Of a DNA stretch of 64,000 nt, positions 17,976 to 29,203 are shown one piece after another. This DNA comes from Vulcanimicrobiota bacterium (GTDB taxonomy: Bacteria > Vulcanimicrobiota > Vulcanimicrobiia > Vulcanimicrobiales > Vulcanimicrobiaceae). Positions within the stretch are counted from its first letter, which is position 1. Each line of letters begins with the position of its first letter. The DNA lies in the NCBI GenBank assembly GCA_963777315.1, contig CAVZQC010000005.1:32001-96000 (forward strand). Reading direction: 5' to 3'. The translations under genes and the position numbers were made by a program. The notes under the pieces are model-generated. The model made no database searches, had not been told where the DNA came from, and saw nothing but the letters and a program-made list of their open reading frames with translations.

Positions 17976-18111
17976 GAACTGAGCTTTTACTGCTTTAGAA
18001 CAACACCGAACTAGCCGACTGCACCGTAGCGGCCGTAATAGTACGAGGTTGCGTAAAGCGCGAACAGCATGTTGGGGAGCATCCTATCAGCTCCGCGGCG
18101 AAATATCAAGC

Positions 18112-18783
18112 GTGGATGTGACTTTTTCGCCGCTCATCGGAATAGCGGGGGCCGCGGTGCTCGGGGGCGCCATCGGCATTCAGCGCCAGGCGGCGGCAAA
18201 GCCCGCCGGTTTCCGAACGCATCTTCTGGTTGCAGCCGCTTCGGCTGCGTTCACCGCGATGGGCGCGCATCTGCACGACACGCGCATTCCTTCCTACGTG
18301 GTGGTCGGCATCGGGTTTTTGGGCGCCGGCGCAATCGTGCGTCAGGGTACCACGCCGCACGGCCTGACCACCGCGGCCAGCATCTGGATGGCCGCCGCCG
18401 TTGGGCTGGTGATGGGATACTCGAACACTTTCGGCTTGTACGTCGGACTGCTGGCTACGGCGATAACGCTGGCGGCGCTCACGCTGTCCGACAACGATCT
18501 CATGCGGATTTTCCGCATTCCGCGCAAGGCGACGCTGCGCATAACCTGCGCCTCCCCGCAGATCTCGCTCGCAAGGGTTACGCAAGCCTTCCGGGAAGCG
18601 CGCGTGCGCTTCGAAAGCAGCGACATCGTTTCGATCCAAACCGAGGGAGCGGACGAAATCGTGCAGCTCGTCTATTTGATCGACCTTCCTCGCCGGCGCG
18701 ATCTGAGCGCCATCGTGCGCGAGATCAGCGCGCTGGGCGGCGTGCGCAAAGTCGAAGCCAACGAACCGTTCTTCGTCGCATAG
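18112..18783 (+). CDS. MgtC/SapB family membrane protein with C-terminal ACT-like domain
   Basis: GGAIGIQR...KPAGFRTH, VVGIGFLGAGAI and GLTTAASIW motifs; start approximate. Confidence 0.88.
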   Translation: MDVTFSPLIGIAGAAVLGGAIGIQRQAAAKPAGFRTHLLVAAASAAFTAMGAHLHDTRIPSYVVVGIGFLGAGAIVRQGTTPHGLTTAASIWMAAAVGLVMGYSNTFGLYVGLLATAITLAALTLSDNDLMRIFRIPRKATLRITCASPQISLARVTQAFREARVRFESSDIVSIQTEGADEIVQLVYLIDLPRRRDLSAIVREISALGGVRKVEANEPFFVA

Positions 18784-18786
18784 CGC

Positions 18787-19128
18787 GTGCGGTTTCTCTT
18801 CCAATGGCTGCGCCCGCCGCGGCCCTCCGGGACGGCGCTGCATCCCACGCGCACGGTGGACGTCGATGAACCGTTCGCGCAGGTGTTCGAAGGCAGCGTG
18901 CACGGCGTCGAGCAGGTGCTGGGCGGAGTCGTTCGCGACGCCGACGGCGAGCGCGGCACGATCGAGGCGACTTTCGGTTTGATTGGCTCCGAACGCGTGA
19001 CGATTACGCTGCAGGATATGGGCGAACGGCGCACCCGCGTCACCGTCGAAAGCCGCCGCGGCGCCGCCGTAGGCGCCTCGCAACATTCGCAATACGTCGA
19101 CGCGTTGATCGCTTATCTCCAGAAGTAG
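18787..19128 (+). CDS. Hypothetical protein
   Basis: 113-aa ORF 3 nt after the MgtC-family stop; fills the gap to serS. Confidence 0.65.
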   Translation: MRFLFQWLRPPRPSGTALHPTRTVDVDEPFAQVFEGSVHGVEQVLGGVVRDADGERGTIEATFGLIGSERVTITLQDMGERRTRVTVESRRGAAVGASQHSQYVDALIAYLQK

Positions 19129-19136
19129 CTCGTATT

Positions 19137-20420
19137 TTAGCGAATGACGTCCGCGCCCATGTACGGCACGAGTACCGGCGGAACGCGAACGGAACCGTCG
19201 CGCTGCTGAAAGTTCTCGACGATCGCCAAAAGAGTTCGCCCGACGGCCAGGCCTGAACCGTTGAGCGTGTGAAGCAGCTCGGGCTTGGAGGAGGCATCGC
19301 GCCGGAAGCGCATTCGCCCGCGGCGCGCCTGAAAATCCGTGTCGTTGGAACAGGAGCTGATTTCGCGGTACGTCTGCGCGCTCGGAAGCCACACTTCCAG
19401 ATCGTACGTTTTAGCGGCGTTGAATCCGGTATCGCCGGCGCACAGCGCCACGGTACGGTAGGGCAATTCCAAGGCTGTAAGCAGTGCTTCGGCATCGCGC
19501 GTGAGCTCTTCGAGCGCGTCGAAGGACTGCTCGGGCAGGCTGTACCACACCAGTTCGACCTTTTCGAATTGATGCTGGCGGATGAGCCCGCGCGTATCTT
19601 TGCCTGCGGCTCCCGCTTCTTTGCGGAAGCACGGCGTATAGGCCGTATACTTGAGCGGCAGGACCTGGTCGGAAAGAATTTCGTTTGCGTGCAGCGCCGC
19701 GAGCGGCACTTCGGCCGTGGGAATCAAAAAGAGGTCGGCGTCGCGATCGAGGAACATCGCGTCTGAAAATTTCGTCAGCTGTCCGGTCGACCACATCGTT
19801 GCGCGCGAAACCAGAATGGGCGGAATGACCTCGACGTAGCCTTTGGCAGTCGCGCGGTCCAGAAAAAACTGCACGATCGCGCGCGACAGGCGCGCTCCTT
19901 GCCCTTTGACGATCGAAAAGCGGCTCCCCGAAAGTTTGGCGGCTCGTTCGAAATCGAAGATATCGAGCCGTTCTCCCAGCTCCCAATGCGGGAGCGGTTC
20001 GAAGTCGAACGCGCGCGGGGTGCCCGCACTGCGAACGACGACGTTGGCGGATTCGTCGCAGCCGTCCGGCACGGAGTCGTCGAGCAGATTGGCGGACTGT
20101 GCCAGCAGCTCGGCCAGCGGCGAGCCGGCGTTTTCGACGGCCAGCGTCCTCGCGCGTTCTTCGGACTGTTCGATGCGTGCAGCCAGTTCGTCGAGCGCCG
20201 GCTTGAGTTCGCGCGCCGCCGCGGCTTTGTCGGCGGCTTTGCCGATTTGCGCCGAGAGCCGGTTCTTGTGCGCTTTTGCCGTCTCCGCGTCGGTCAACGC
20301 GGAGCGGTGCAGCGCGTCCAAACGCAGAATCTCGTCGACGAACCCAGCATCTTGGCCGCGCCGCCGTGCCGATCGTCGAACGCGATCGGGATCGCGGCGA
20401 ACCAGTGAAAGATCCAGCAT
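19137..20420 (-). CDS. serS: Serine--tRNA ligase
   Basis: MLDL start, PTAEVP, CFRKEAG...RGLIRQHQFEKVEL, EISSCSN and HTLNGSGLAVGR motifs. Confidence 0.97.
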   Translation of the reverse strand: MLDLSLVRRDPDRVRRSARRRGQDAGFVDEILRLDALHRSALTDAETAKAHKNRLSAQIGKAADKAAAARELKPALDELAARIEQSEERARTLAVENAGSPLAELLAQSANLLDDSVPDGCDESANVVVRSAGTPRAFDFEPLPHWELGERLDIFDFERAAKLSGSRFSIVKGQGARLSRAIVQFFLDRATAKGYVEVIPPILVSRATMWSTGQLTKFSDAMFLDRDADLFLIPTAEVPLAALHANEILSDQVLPLKYTAYTPCFRKEAGAAGKDTRGLIRQHQFEKVELVWYSLPEQSFDALEELTRDAEALLTALELPYRTVALCAGDTGFNAAKTYDLEVWLPSAQTYREISSCSNDTDFQARRGRMRFRRDASSKPELLHTLNGSGLAVGRTLLAIVENFQQRDGSVRVPPVLVPYMGADVIR

Positions 20421-21683
20421 ATGGAAGAACCGCGCTTTACGCGAGCCGGCAGCGCGCTCCTACCGGGACGCGGATTCGACGCAAACGCGCTGCTTGCACC
20501 GCAGCAGGCGCTCACGCTGTATTTTGCGCGCGCCGGTTTGCGCGCGCCGCAAACGCAGATCGTCGGTTTGCAGGACGCGTTCGGACGCATTTTAGCCCGG
20601 CGCGTCGCCGCCGACGCCGCTTATCCGTTAGCGGCACGCTCTGCGATGGACGGCTTTGCGGTGCGTTCGCGCGAAACGCCGGCGCGGTTGCGCGTGGCCG
20701 GCGACATTCGCATGGGCGTGCCGTGGACGCAGCCGTTGGCCGAGCGCACCGCGGTTCGCATCCCGACCGGCGGCGTGGTCCCTGCGGATGCCGACGCCGT
20801 CGTTCCGCTCGAGGACGCGCGCGAGGACGCAGGCTGGATCGAAGTCGGCGCCGTTGCGGCAAGCGATTGCATTACGCCCGCCGGCTCCGACATGCGTGCC
20901 GGTGAAACGCTGCTCGAACCCGGCCGGCGGATTGGCGGCGCCGAGCTGGGAGTGCTCGCAACATTGGGCATTACCGCGGTGCAGGTGTTCGCCAAACCGG
21001 TGGTCGCGGTGCTTTCCAGCGGTGACGAGCTGGTCGACGCGAGCGCGCAGCCCAATGTCGCGCAGGTACGCGATTCCAACCGTTGGGCGGTGGCCGGCAC
21101 GCTTCAGGCGCTGGGCGCGGCGGTGCGCCATCTTCCGATTGCTCCGGACGATCCTGACGCGCTCGAAACGCTGCTGCGGAGCGCGCTCGAACGCGCGGAC
21201 GCAGTGGTGTTGACCGGCGGATCGTCGGTGGGCTCGCGCGATCACACGCCTGGAATCGTTCAACGTCTGGGCGCACCGGGCGTCATCGTGCACGGCTTGC
21301 GCGTCAAACCCGGCAAACCGACCGTGCTGGGCTGCACGGACGGGAAACCCGTGATCGGTCTTCCCGGCAATCCGGCCTCGGCGCTGATGATTCTGCAGGC
21401 GGTGGCCGCACCGATTTTCGATGCGCTGACCGGGGCTGCGCGCAATCCGGCAACGGTCGAAGCGCGCCTCGGTGAGCCGTATGCCAAACGCGCCGGCTGG
21501 ACGTGGTTCGTGCCGGTTCGTCTGGACGAGGCGCAAGCGCAGCCGTCGGCGTATCCGCTGGAGCTGCGGTCGAGCTCGGCCAGCCTGCTCGCCCGCGCAA
21601 GCGGTTTTTTGACTTTGGACGAAACGATAGACGCGCTCCCGGCGGGAGCTCGAGTTTACGTAAGCAGATTTATCGGGAGCTGA
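20421..21683 (+). CDS. moeA: Molybdopterin molybdenumtransferase
   Basis: RSAMDGFAV, IPTGG, SSGDEL, TGGSSVG, KPGKPT and GLPGNPAS motifs. Confidence 0.93.
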   Translation: MEEPRFTRAGSALLPGRGFDANALLAPQQALTLYFARAGLRAPQTQIVGLQDAFGRILARRVAADAAYPLAARSAMDGFAVRSRETPARLRVAGDIRMGVPWTQPLAERTAVRIPTGGVVPADADAVVPLEDAREDAGWIEVGAVAASDCITPAGSDMRAGETLLEPGRRIGGAELGVLATLGITAVQVFAKPVVAVLSSGDELVDASAQPNVAQVRDSNRWAVAGTLQALGAAVRHLPIAPDDPDALETLLRSALERADAVVLTGGSSVGSRDHTPGIVQRLGAPGVIVHGLRVKPGKPTVLGCTDGKPVIGLPGNPASALMILQAVAAPIFDALTGAARNPATVEARLGEPYAKRAGWTWFVPVRLDEAQAQPSAYPLELRSSSASLLARASGFLTLDETIDALPAGARVYVSRFIGS

Positions 21684-21686
21684 AAA

Positions 21687-22811
21687 ACGAATACCACCAC
21701 GGACTCCGGTTCGGGCTTTCCGGCCGCGCCGCACATCGAAGCCATTCCGCTCACCAGACCCTTCATCGGGCCCGAGCAGATCATGCGCGAAGGCGGACAT
21801 GGCTCGCTGCTGCGGCTGGGCGCCAACGAGAGCAACTTCGGCCCCTCGCCTAAAGCCGTGCAGGCGATGGCGGCCGAATTGCCGCGCATTTCGTGGTACG
21901 GCGATCCGGAATCGTACAAACTGCGGGTTGCCGTTGCGGCGCGCCACGGGTGCGGGATCGACAACGTGTGCGTCGGATCCGGCATCGACGATCTCATGGG
22001 CCTAACGGTTCGCGCATTCATGTCGCCGGGTTCGATCGCGCTCGCGACGCTGGGGACGTATCCGACGTTCGCTTACCACGTGATGGGTTTCGGCGGCGAG
22101 CTCGCGACCGTGCCCTACCGCCCCGACGGCACGGTGGACGTCGAGGCGCTCGCGCAGACCGCGCGCCGGCTGCATCCGGCCATCGTCTATATCGCAAATC
22201 CCGACAATCCCGGCGGAACGTACCTCGCGCTTGACGAGATCGAGCGGCTTTTCGAATCGCTTCCAGGCGAATCGCTGCTGTTTTTGGATGAAGCTTATGC
22301 CGACTTCGTCAGCGAAAGCGACGGGTGTGCTCCGCACATTCATCCCGGGCTGATTCGCGCGCGCACCTTTTCCAAAGCGTACGGCATGGCCGGCGCGCGG
22401 ATCGGATATGCGATTTGCGCGCCGCGCACGGTGCGAACGTTCGAAAAGATTCGCCTCCAGTACGGCGTGAACCGCAACGCGCAAATCGGCGCGCTTGCGG
22501 CGCTGGCCGACGTGCAGTTCCACCGGTACGTCGTCGAACAGGTGGCGCGCGGGCGCGAGGATTACTACGCGCTCGCGGAATCGCTCGGCTGCGACTTCGT
22601 GCGGTCCCACACGAACTTCGTGTGCATCGGTTTCGGATCGGCCGCGGAGGCGACGGGCGTCATGAACGCGCTGCTCGCGCGCGCGGTGTTCGTGCGCAAA
22701 CCCGGTGCTCCGCCGCTGGATCGCTTCGTGCGCATCTCGGTCGGCACGCCGCCGGAGCGCGAAGCGCTGGCCGAACATCTGCGCGCGGTGACGGCCGAAC
22801 GCACGCCATGA
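21687..22811 (+). CDS. PLP-dependent class I/II aminotransferase (HisC-like)
   Basis: LGANE..FGPSP, YGDP, NPDNP, DEAY and RTFSKAYGMAGARIGY motifs. The first ATG is 21783, but an open in-frame extension with an SD suggests a start at ACG 21687. Confidence 0.85.
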   Translation, partial: TNTTTDSGSGFPAAPHIEAIPLTRPFIGPEQIMREGGHGSLLRLGANESNFGPSPKAVQAMAAELPRISWYGDPESYKLRVAVAARHGCGIDNVCVGSGIDDLMGLTVRAFMSPGSIALATLGTYPTFAYHVMGFGGELATVPYRPDGTVDVEALAQTARRLHPAIVYIANPDNPGGTYLALDEIERLFESLPGESLLFLDEAYADFVSESDGCAPHIHPGLIRARTFSKAYGMAGARIGYAICAPRTVRTFEKIRLQYGVNRNAQIGALAALADVQFHRYVVEQVARGREDYYALAESLGCDFVRSHTNFVCIGFGSAAEATGVMNALLARAVFVRKPGAPPLDRFVRISVGTPPEREALAEHLRAVTAERTP

Positions 22812-23533
22812 GATACGCGATCATCTCCGACGTCCACGGGAATTTGGAGTCGCTGCGCACGGCGCTTTCGCTCATACGCGCCGAGGACAGCCTATTGTGC
22901 TTGGGCGACATCGTGGGCTACGGGCCGAATCCCAACGAATGCGTGAAGCTGGTGCGCGAGCGCGCCGCCGACACGGTACTGGGGAACCACGACGTCGCCG
23001 CTGTCGACAACTTCGGAATCGAGTATTTCAACCCCGCCGCGCGGCGCGCCATCGAATGGACGCAGGGCGTCATCGACCCGCAGGCGTCCGCGTGGCTCAA
23101 CGGCCTGAGCTACGAGATTCGCCATCCCGACTTTTTGATGGTGCACGGCGCGCCCGTGCATTACTTCGAATACGTGCTCGACAAACGCCATGCCAAGGCC
23201 GCCTTCGACCGCACCGACGCGCCGCTGATCTTCATCGGCCACACCCACATCGCCGAGTATTACGCGCTCGAGCCGGACGGCAGCATTTCGCACGCGCACA
23301 TGCAGCACGGAGGCGAACTGGATCTGCAGGCGGGGAAGCGGTACATCATCGACGTCGGCAGCATCGGTCAGCCGCGCGATCTCAATCCTCAACCGTGCTT
23401 TGTCTTTTACGACGATGACCGGCGTCGCGTGCAGTGGGTGCGCTACGACTATGCGATCGGTCAAGTGCAGCAGAAGATGGCTGCGGCGCAGTTGCCCGCC
23501 GCGCTGGCGGCGCGCCTGGACGTCGGGCGATGA
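22808..23533 (+). CDS. Metallophosphoesterase family protein
   Basis: ISDVHGN, LGDIVGYG, GNHD, GHTH and GSIGQPRD motifs; ATGA overlap with the upstream stop. Confidence 0.92.
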   Translation: MRYAIISDVHGNLESLRTALSLIRAEDSLLCLGDIVGYGPNPNECVKLVRERAADTVLGNHDVAAVDNFGIEYFNPAARRAIEWTQGVIDPQASAWLNGLSYEIRHPDFLMVHGAPVHYFEYVLDKRHAKAAFDRTDAPLIFIGHTHIAEYYALEPDGSISHAHMQHGGELDLQAGKRYIIDVGSIGQPRDLNPQPCFVFYDDDRRRVQWVRYDYAIGQVQQKMAAAQLPAALAARLDVGR

Positions 23534-23988
23534 TGCCGGTCGACGACGGACGCTGCTTTGCGTGCGGAGCCGACAACGCCATCGGTCTGCATTTACGCTT
23601 CGAGCGCCGGGGCGATCTCGGCGTGCGCGCGCATACGATGCTGCGCGCCGAGTTTCAGGGCTGGCAGGGAATCGCGCACGGCGGCATCGCGCTCTGCCTG
23701 CTGGACGAGGCAATGGCTCACGCCGCCGCAGCCGCGGGCTATCGCGGAGTGACGGCAAGCATGGACGCGCGTTTTCGCCGGCCGGTTCCGCTGGGCGTGC
23801 AGCTCGAAGTCGACGGCTGGGTCAAATGGCAGCGGCGCAACGTGCTGGAGCTGTGCGCGCGCGTCGTCGATCCCGATGGGACCGTGCTGCTCGAGGGCCA
23901 AGGCCGTTTCGTCGCGCAGGGCCGCATCGAGGACGTTGCCGATCGCCGCAATCCAGCCGCGGCGCAGCGCGTTCGTGCCGAAATCTAA
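23530..23988 (+). CDS. PaaI family hotdog-fold thioesterase
   Basis: CFACG..N.IGL and FQGWQGIAHGGI...LDEAM motifs. Confidence 0.88.
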   Translation: MMPVDDGRCFACGADNAIGLHLRFERRGDLGVRAHTMLRAEFQGWQGIAHGGIALCLLDEAMAHAAAAAGYRGVTASMDARFRRPVPLGVQLEVDGWVKWQRRNVLELCARVVDPDGTVLLEGQGRFVAQGRIEDVADRRNPAAAQRVRAEI

Positions 23989-24472
23989 GCAGATTCGCAA
24001 AGCGGCGCAGACGCAAGCCGCAAAGAATCTCTCGCCAAGCGTCGACAACCGCCGCGCGCGCCACGAATACCACATCTTGGAATCGCTGGAAACCGGAATC
24101 GAGCTCACGGGCACCGAGATAAAATCCATTCGTCAGGGCGGCATCAGTTTGAACGAAGCCTACGCGCGCGTACGCGAGGGTGAACTGTGGCTGCTGGGCA
24201 TGCACGTTCCCGCCTACAAACAGGGCAGCTTCTCCAACGTGGAGCCCAACCGTCCGCGCAAACTGCTGCTGCACAAAGAGCAGATCGCGCGCCTTGGCGG
24301 CCGCGCCGCGGAAAAAGGCTTGACGATCGTGCCGCTGCGCCTGTACTTCACGCGCGGCAAAGTCAAGCTCGAGATCGGTCTGGCGCGCGGCAAGAAGCTG
24401 TGGGACAAACGCGAGGCGTCGATGGAGCGGGATGCGCGCCGGGAGATGGATCGTGCGCGGCACGCGACCTGA
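23975..24472 (+). CDS. smpB: SsrA-binding protein SmpB
   Basis: NRRARHEY, GIELTGTEIKSIR, RKLLLHK and ARGKKLWDKRE motifs; GTG start. Confidence 0.96.
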   Translation: MPKSKQIRKAAQTQAAKNLSPSVDNRRARHEYHILESLETGIELTGTEIKSIRQGGISLNEAYARVREGELWLLGMHVPAYKQGSFSNVEPNRPRKLLLHKEQIARLGGRAAEKGLTIVPLRLYFTRGKVKLEIGLARGKKLWDKREASMERDARREMDRARHAT

Positions 24473-25343
24473 ACGCGCGCTCGAGCAGATCGTCCGCCGC
24501 AGCGGAGCGCTCGAGAGCGGCGAGCGCGTTTTGGTTGCCTGCAGCGGCGGCAGCGACAGCGTCGGATTGGCTGCGCTATGCGCGGCAATCTCGAAACCGC
24601 TGCGCCTGCGCCTCACGCTCGCGCACGTCAATCACGGCTTGCGCCGTTCGGCATGGCAAGACGAAGCCGTTGTTTTGCGCGTGTCGGCCGCACTCGAGCT
24701 GCCCGTACGCATTTGCGCGATCGATCCCGGCGCAATGGACGAAGCGTCTCTGCGCGATGCGCGATACGATGCGCTCGTGCGAATCGCACGCGACGCCGGA
24801 GCGCGCGTCGTCGCAACCGCGCACAATGCGGAAGATCAAACCGAAACCGTTCTGCTGGCGCTGTTTCGCGGCACGGGATCGAAAGGGCTGGGCGGCATGG
24901 CGCTGCGGCGCAAGCTTGCGGACGGCATCGATTTGGCGCGCCCGCTTTTACGCAGCAGGCGCAGCGACATTCGCGCTTACGTGCAGCGCGCGGGACTGCC
25001 TTATGCCGTCGACCCGACGAACGCCGACGAATCGTTTCGTCGTAACGCCGTGCGCGCGGCTTTGACGGCGCTTCGTCCGCTTTTCCCCGGCCTGGACGAA
25101 GCGGTTTCGCGGGCGACGGAAGTGATCGACGCGGAACGTTCGGCGGGCCCGGTTGCCGAGCTGCGCCGTCACGTTCGCCAAACCTTGCACCGCGAGCAAG
25201 CGTTGCGCGACGTCGATTTCGAGCACGTCGAAGCGGCGGTTCGCGCTCTGCGGCTTGGCCGTTCCGGGCGTTTCGTAATGGCTCCCGGGGTGGAACTGAA
25301 GATTGAGCGTGGGGCGTTGACGGTACACCGAAAAGAGAGATGA
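24453..25343 (+). CDS. tilS: tRNA(Ile)-lysidine synthetase
   Basis: ACSGGSDS, HVNHGLR, TAHNAEDQTET, RPLL and DPTN..RN motifs; precedes hpt-ftsH. Confidence 0.93.
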   Translation: MRGTRPERALEQIVRRSGALESGERVLVACSGGSDSVGLAALCAAISKPLRLRLTLAHVNHGLRRSAWQDEAVVLRVSAALELPVRICAIDPGAMDEASLRDARYDALVRIARDAGARVVATAHNAEDQTETVLLALFRGTGSKGLGGMALRRKLADGIDLARPLLRSRRSDIRAYVQRAGLPYAVDPTNADESFRRNAVRAALTALRPLFPGLDEAVSRATEVIDAERSAGPVAELRRHVRQTLHREQALRDVDFEHVEAAVRALRLGRSGRFVMAPGVELKIERGALTVHRKER

Positions 25344-25912
25344 GCATCGATTCTTACGGCCCGACAATCGAGCGCACGCTCTTTACGAAAAGCGAGATCG
25401 CGGCCGCTATCGACCGGTTGGCCCAAGAAATCGCGCGGGACTACCGCGGGCAACCGATGCTGGTGCTGGGCGTGTTGAAGGGAGCACTCTACGTCACAGT
25501 CGATCTGGTCCGCGCGATCTCGCGAGTGCCGGATGGGCCGAGCCCGATCGAACTCGATTTCTTGGTCGTTTCGAGCTATGGGAACTCGGCGCGGTCGAGC
25601 GGTGAGGTTCGTTTGCTCAAGGATACCAGTGAAAACATCGCCGGCAAAAACGTGCTGATCGTGGAAGACATCGTCGACAACGGCCTCACGCTGCAGTACC
25701 TTCGTTCGTTACTCTCGGGGCGACGAGCCGAAAGCCTCAAATCGTGCGTGCTTTTCGACAAACCGTACAACCGGCGCGTCGACGTGCCCATCGATTATAA
25801 AGGTTTGGTGTCCCCTGACGCCTTCGTCGTAGGGTACGGCTTGGATTACGGGGAAAGCTACCGTAATCTCCCCTACCTTGCGCAACTGCGTCCGTGGGTA
25901 TTTTCAGAGTAA
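25340..25912 (+). CDS. hpt: Hypoxanthine phosphoribosyltransferase
   Basis: GVLKGA, VSSYG, LIVEDIVDNGLTL and FVVGYGLDY motifs. Confidence 0.95.
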   Translation: MSIDSYGPTIERTLFTKSEIAAAIDRLAQEIARDYRGQPMLVLGVLKGALYVTVDLVRAISRVPDGPSPIELDFLVVSSYGNSARSSGEVRLLKDTSENIAGKNVLIVEDIVDNGLTLQYLRSLLSGRRAESLKSCVLFDKPYNRRVDVPIDYKGLVSPDAFVVGYGLDYGESYRNLPYLAQLRPWVFSE

Positions 25913-25930
25913 GGTAATTGTAAAGACATC

Positions 25931-27841
<1,911 letters not shown>

Positions 27842-27845
<4 letters not shown>

Positions 27846-29203
27846 CGCCGTTCAAGTTCACGGCCGCAGCGATATGCCTGTGCATATCGCTGCTTGCGTT
27901 TAGCCCCGGACGGGCGCGCGCGGCGGCGGAGCCGGCATCCGCGGCTACGGGCATGCAGCAGTCGGGAATGCTGCCCGGAGGCGGTGCGTACATCGTTCGC
28001 CGCGACAGCTTTGCTCCCACGGTCGCAGTCGAGCTGTGGTATCGGGCGCCCGGTGCCGGTTACGACAACGCGTACCCGGGCATCTCGCGTTTGGCCATCA
28101 CCGCACTGGCGGCTTCGGCGCCGCCGCACGGAACCTCGCTGGCCGAACTGGTCACCCGTATCGGCGGCACGCTGTCCATCAACGTCTATCCCGACATCGC
28201 CATGGTCGGAGCGAGCGTTCCTTCAACGCAGGCGCACGCGGTGATTCGCGCGATGACGAACGCGTATTTCTCGGCAACGATCGACGACGCGGCGCTAAAG
28301 GCTGCCTTGCGCGACACTGCCGTCGCTTCGACGGAGTCTCACTTCGATCCCGAGCGCATCCTTCAGGACGCGCTCTTCTCGCACGTGTTCAGCGCGGGCC
28401 CGGCGCACTATGCGCCGCTGCCGGCTTCGACGCAGGATTTCGCCAAGATTCCCGCCGAGCGGGTGCGGGCGTTTGCCGCACGGGCATTCCGGCGGTTGAA
28501 CGCGGTGCTTACCGTGGTCGGTGACGTCGATTCGGAATGGGCGTCTTACGTCGTGGCCGGCGCTCCCGCGCGCGCAACGGATCGCGTTTCCGACGTTGCG
28601 TCCGACAATCCGATCGATTCAACGGTTTCCGGCGCGCCCGTGGACGTAACGCAAGCCGCGCAAGTCGGCGGCATCGGCTTTGCGTGGACGGGACCGCCGA
28701 TCGCCGATCCCAAAGCGGCGACGGCCATGGATTTCATCGCCGACTACCTGTTCGATCCACAGCGCGGAGCGGTTGCGTCGCAGGTTCGCGCGGACAACGG
28801 CGATGCGTTCGTTTCGGGACAGTTCATAACGCTGCACGATCCCGGCATTTTGCTGGTCACGGTTTCCGGCGATGCAGCCAATACGTACCGCGCAACAGTG
28901 CTTGACGGAGTGAGCGCGGTGCAGCAGCCGCTCGACCCGCGGGCCTTCGATGCTGCGCGAAACGCTTTCATGTATCGCATCTTGAACCAGTCTCAAACGC
29001 CTTCCGCCCGCGCGGACAACTTCGGCTGGTATGCCGCCGAAGGAAATGCACCGTACGCGCCGGGTGACCAGTCCGGGCAGTATCTTCAGATTGCACGGTC
29101 GCTCGATCCGCAATACGTTGCACGCATTGCGCGCACGTATCTGCAGCATCCCGCGATCGTGAGGCTGCTTTCGACGCCGCACGCGGCAGGTAACGCGATA
29201 TGA
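27842..29203 (+). CDS. Secreted M16 (insulinase) family protein lacking HXXEH
   Basis: Signal peptide; LPGG...PTVAVELWYRA..G.D...GISRLA matches an M16 N-domain with the zinc motif replaced. Confidence 0.75.

Noticed and set aside
17976..18030. preQ1 or guanidine riboswitch call
   Set aside because: Partial resemblance only; the consensus nucleotides are not matched.
23975..24472. tmRNA or tRNA gene near smpB
   Set aside because: Both flanks are occupied by overlapping CDSs and no tRNA-like ends were seen.
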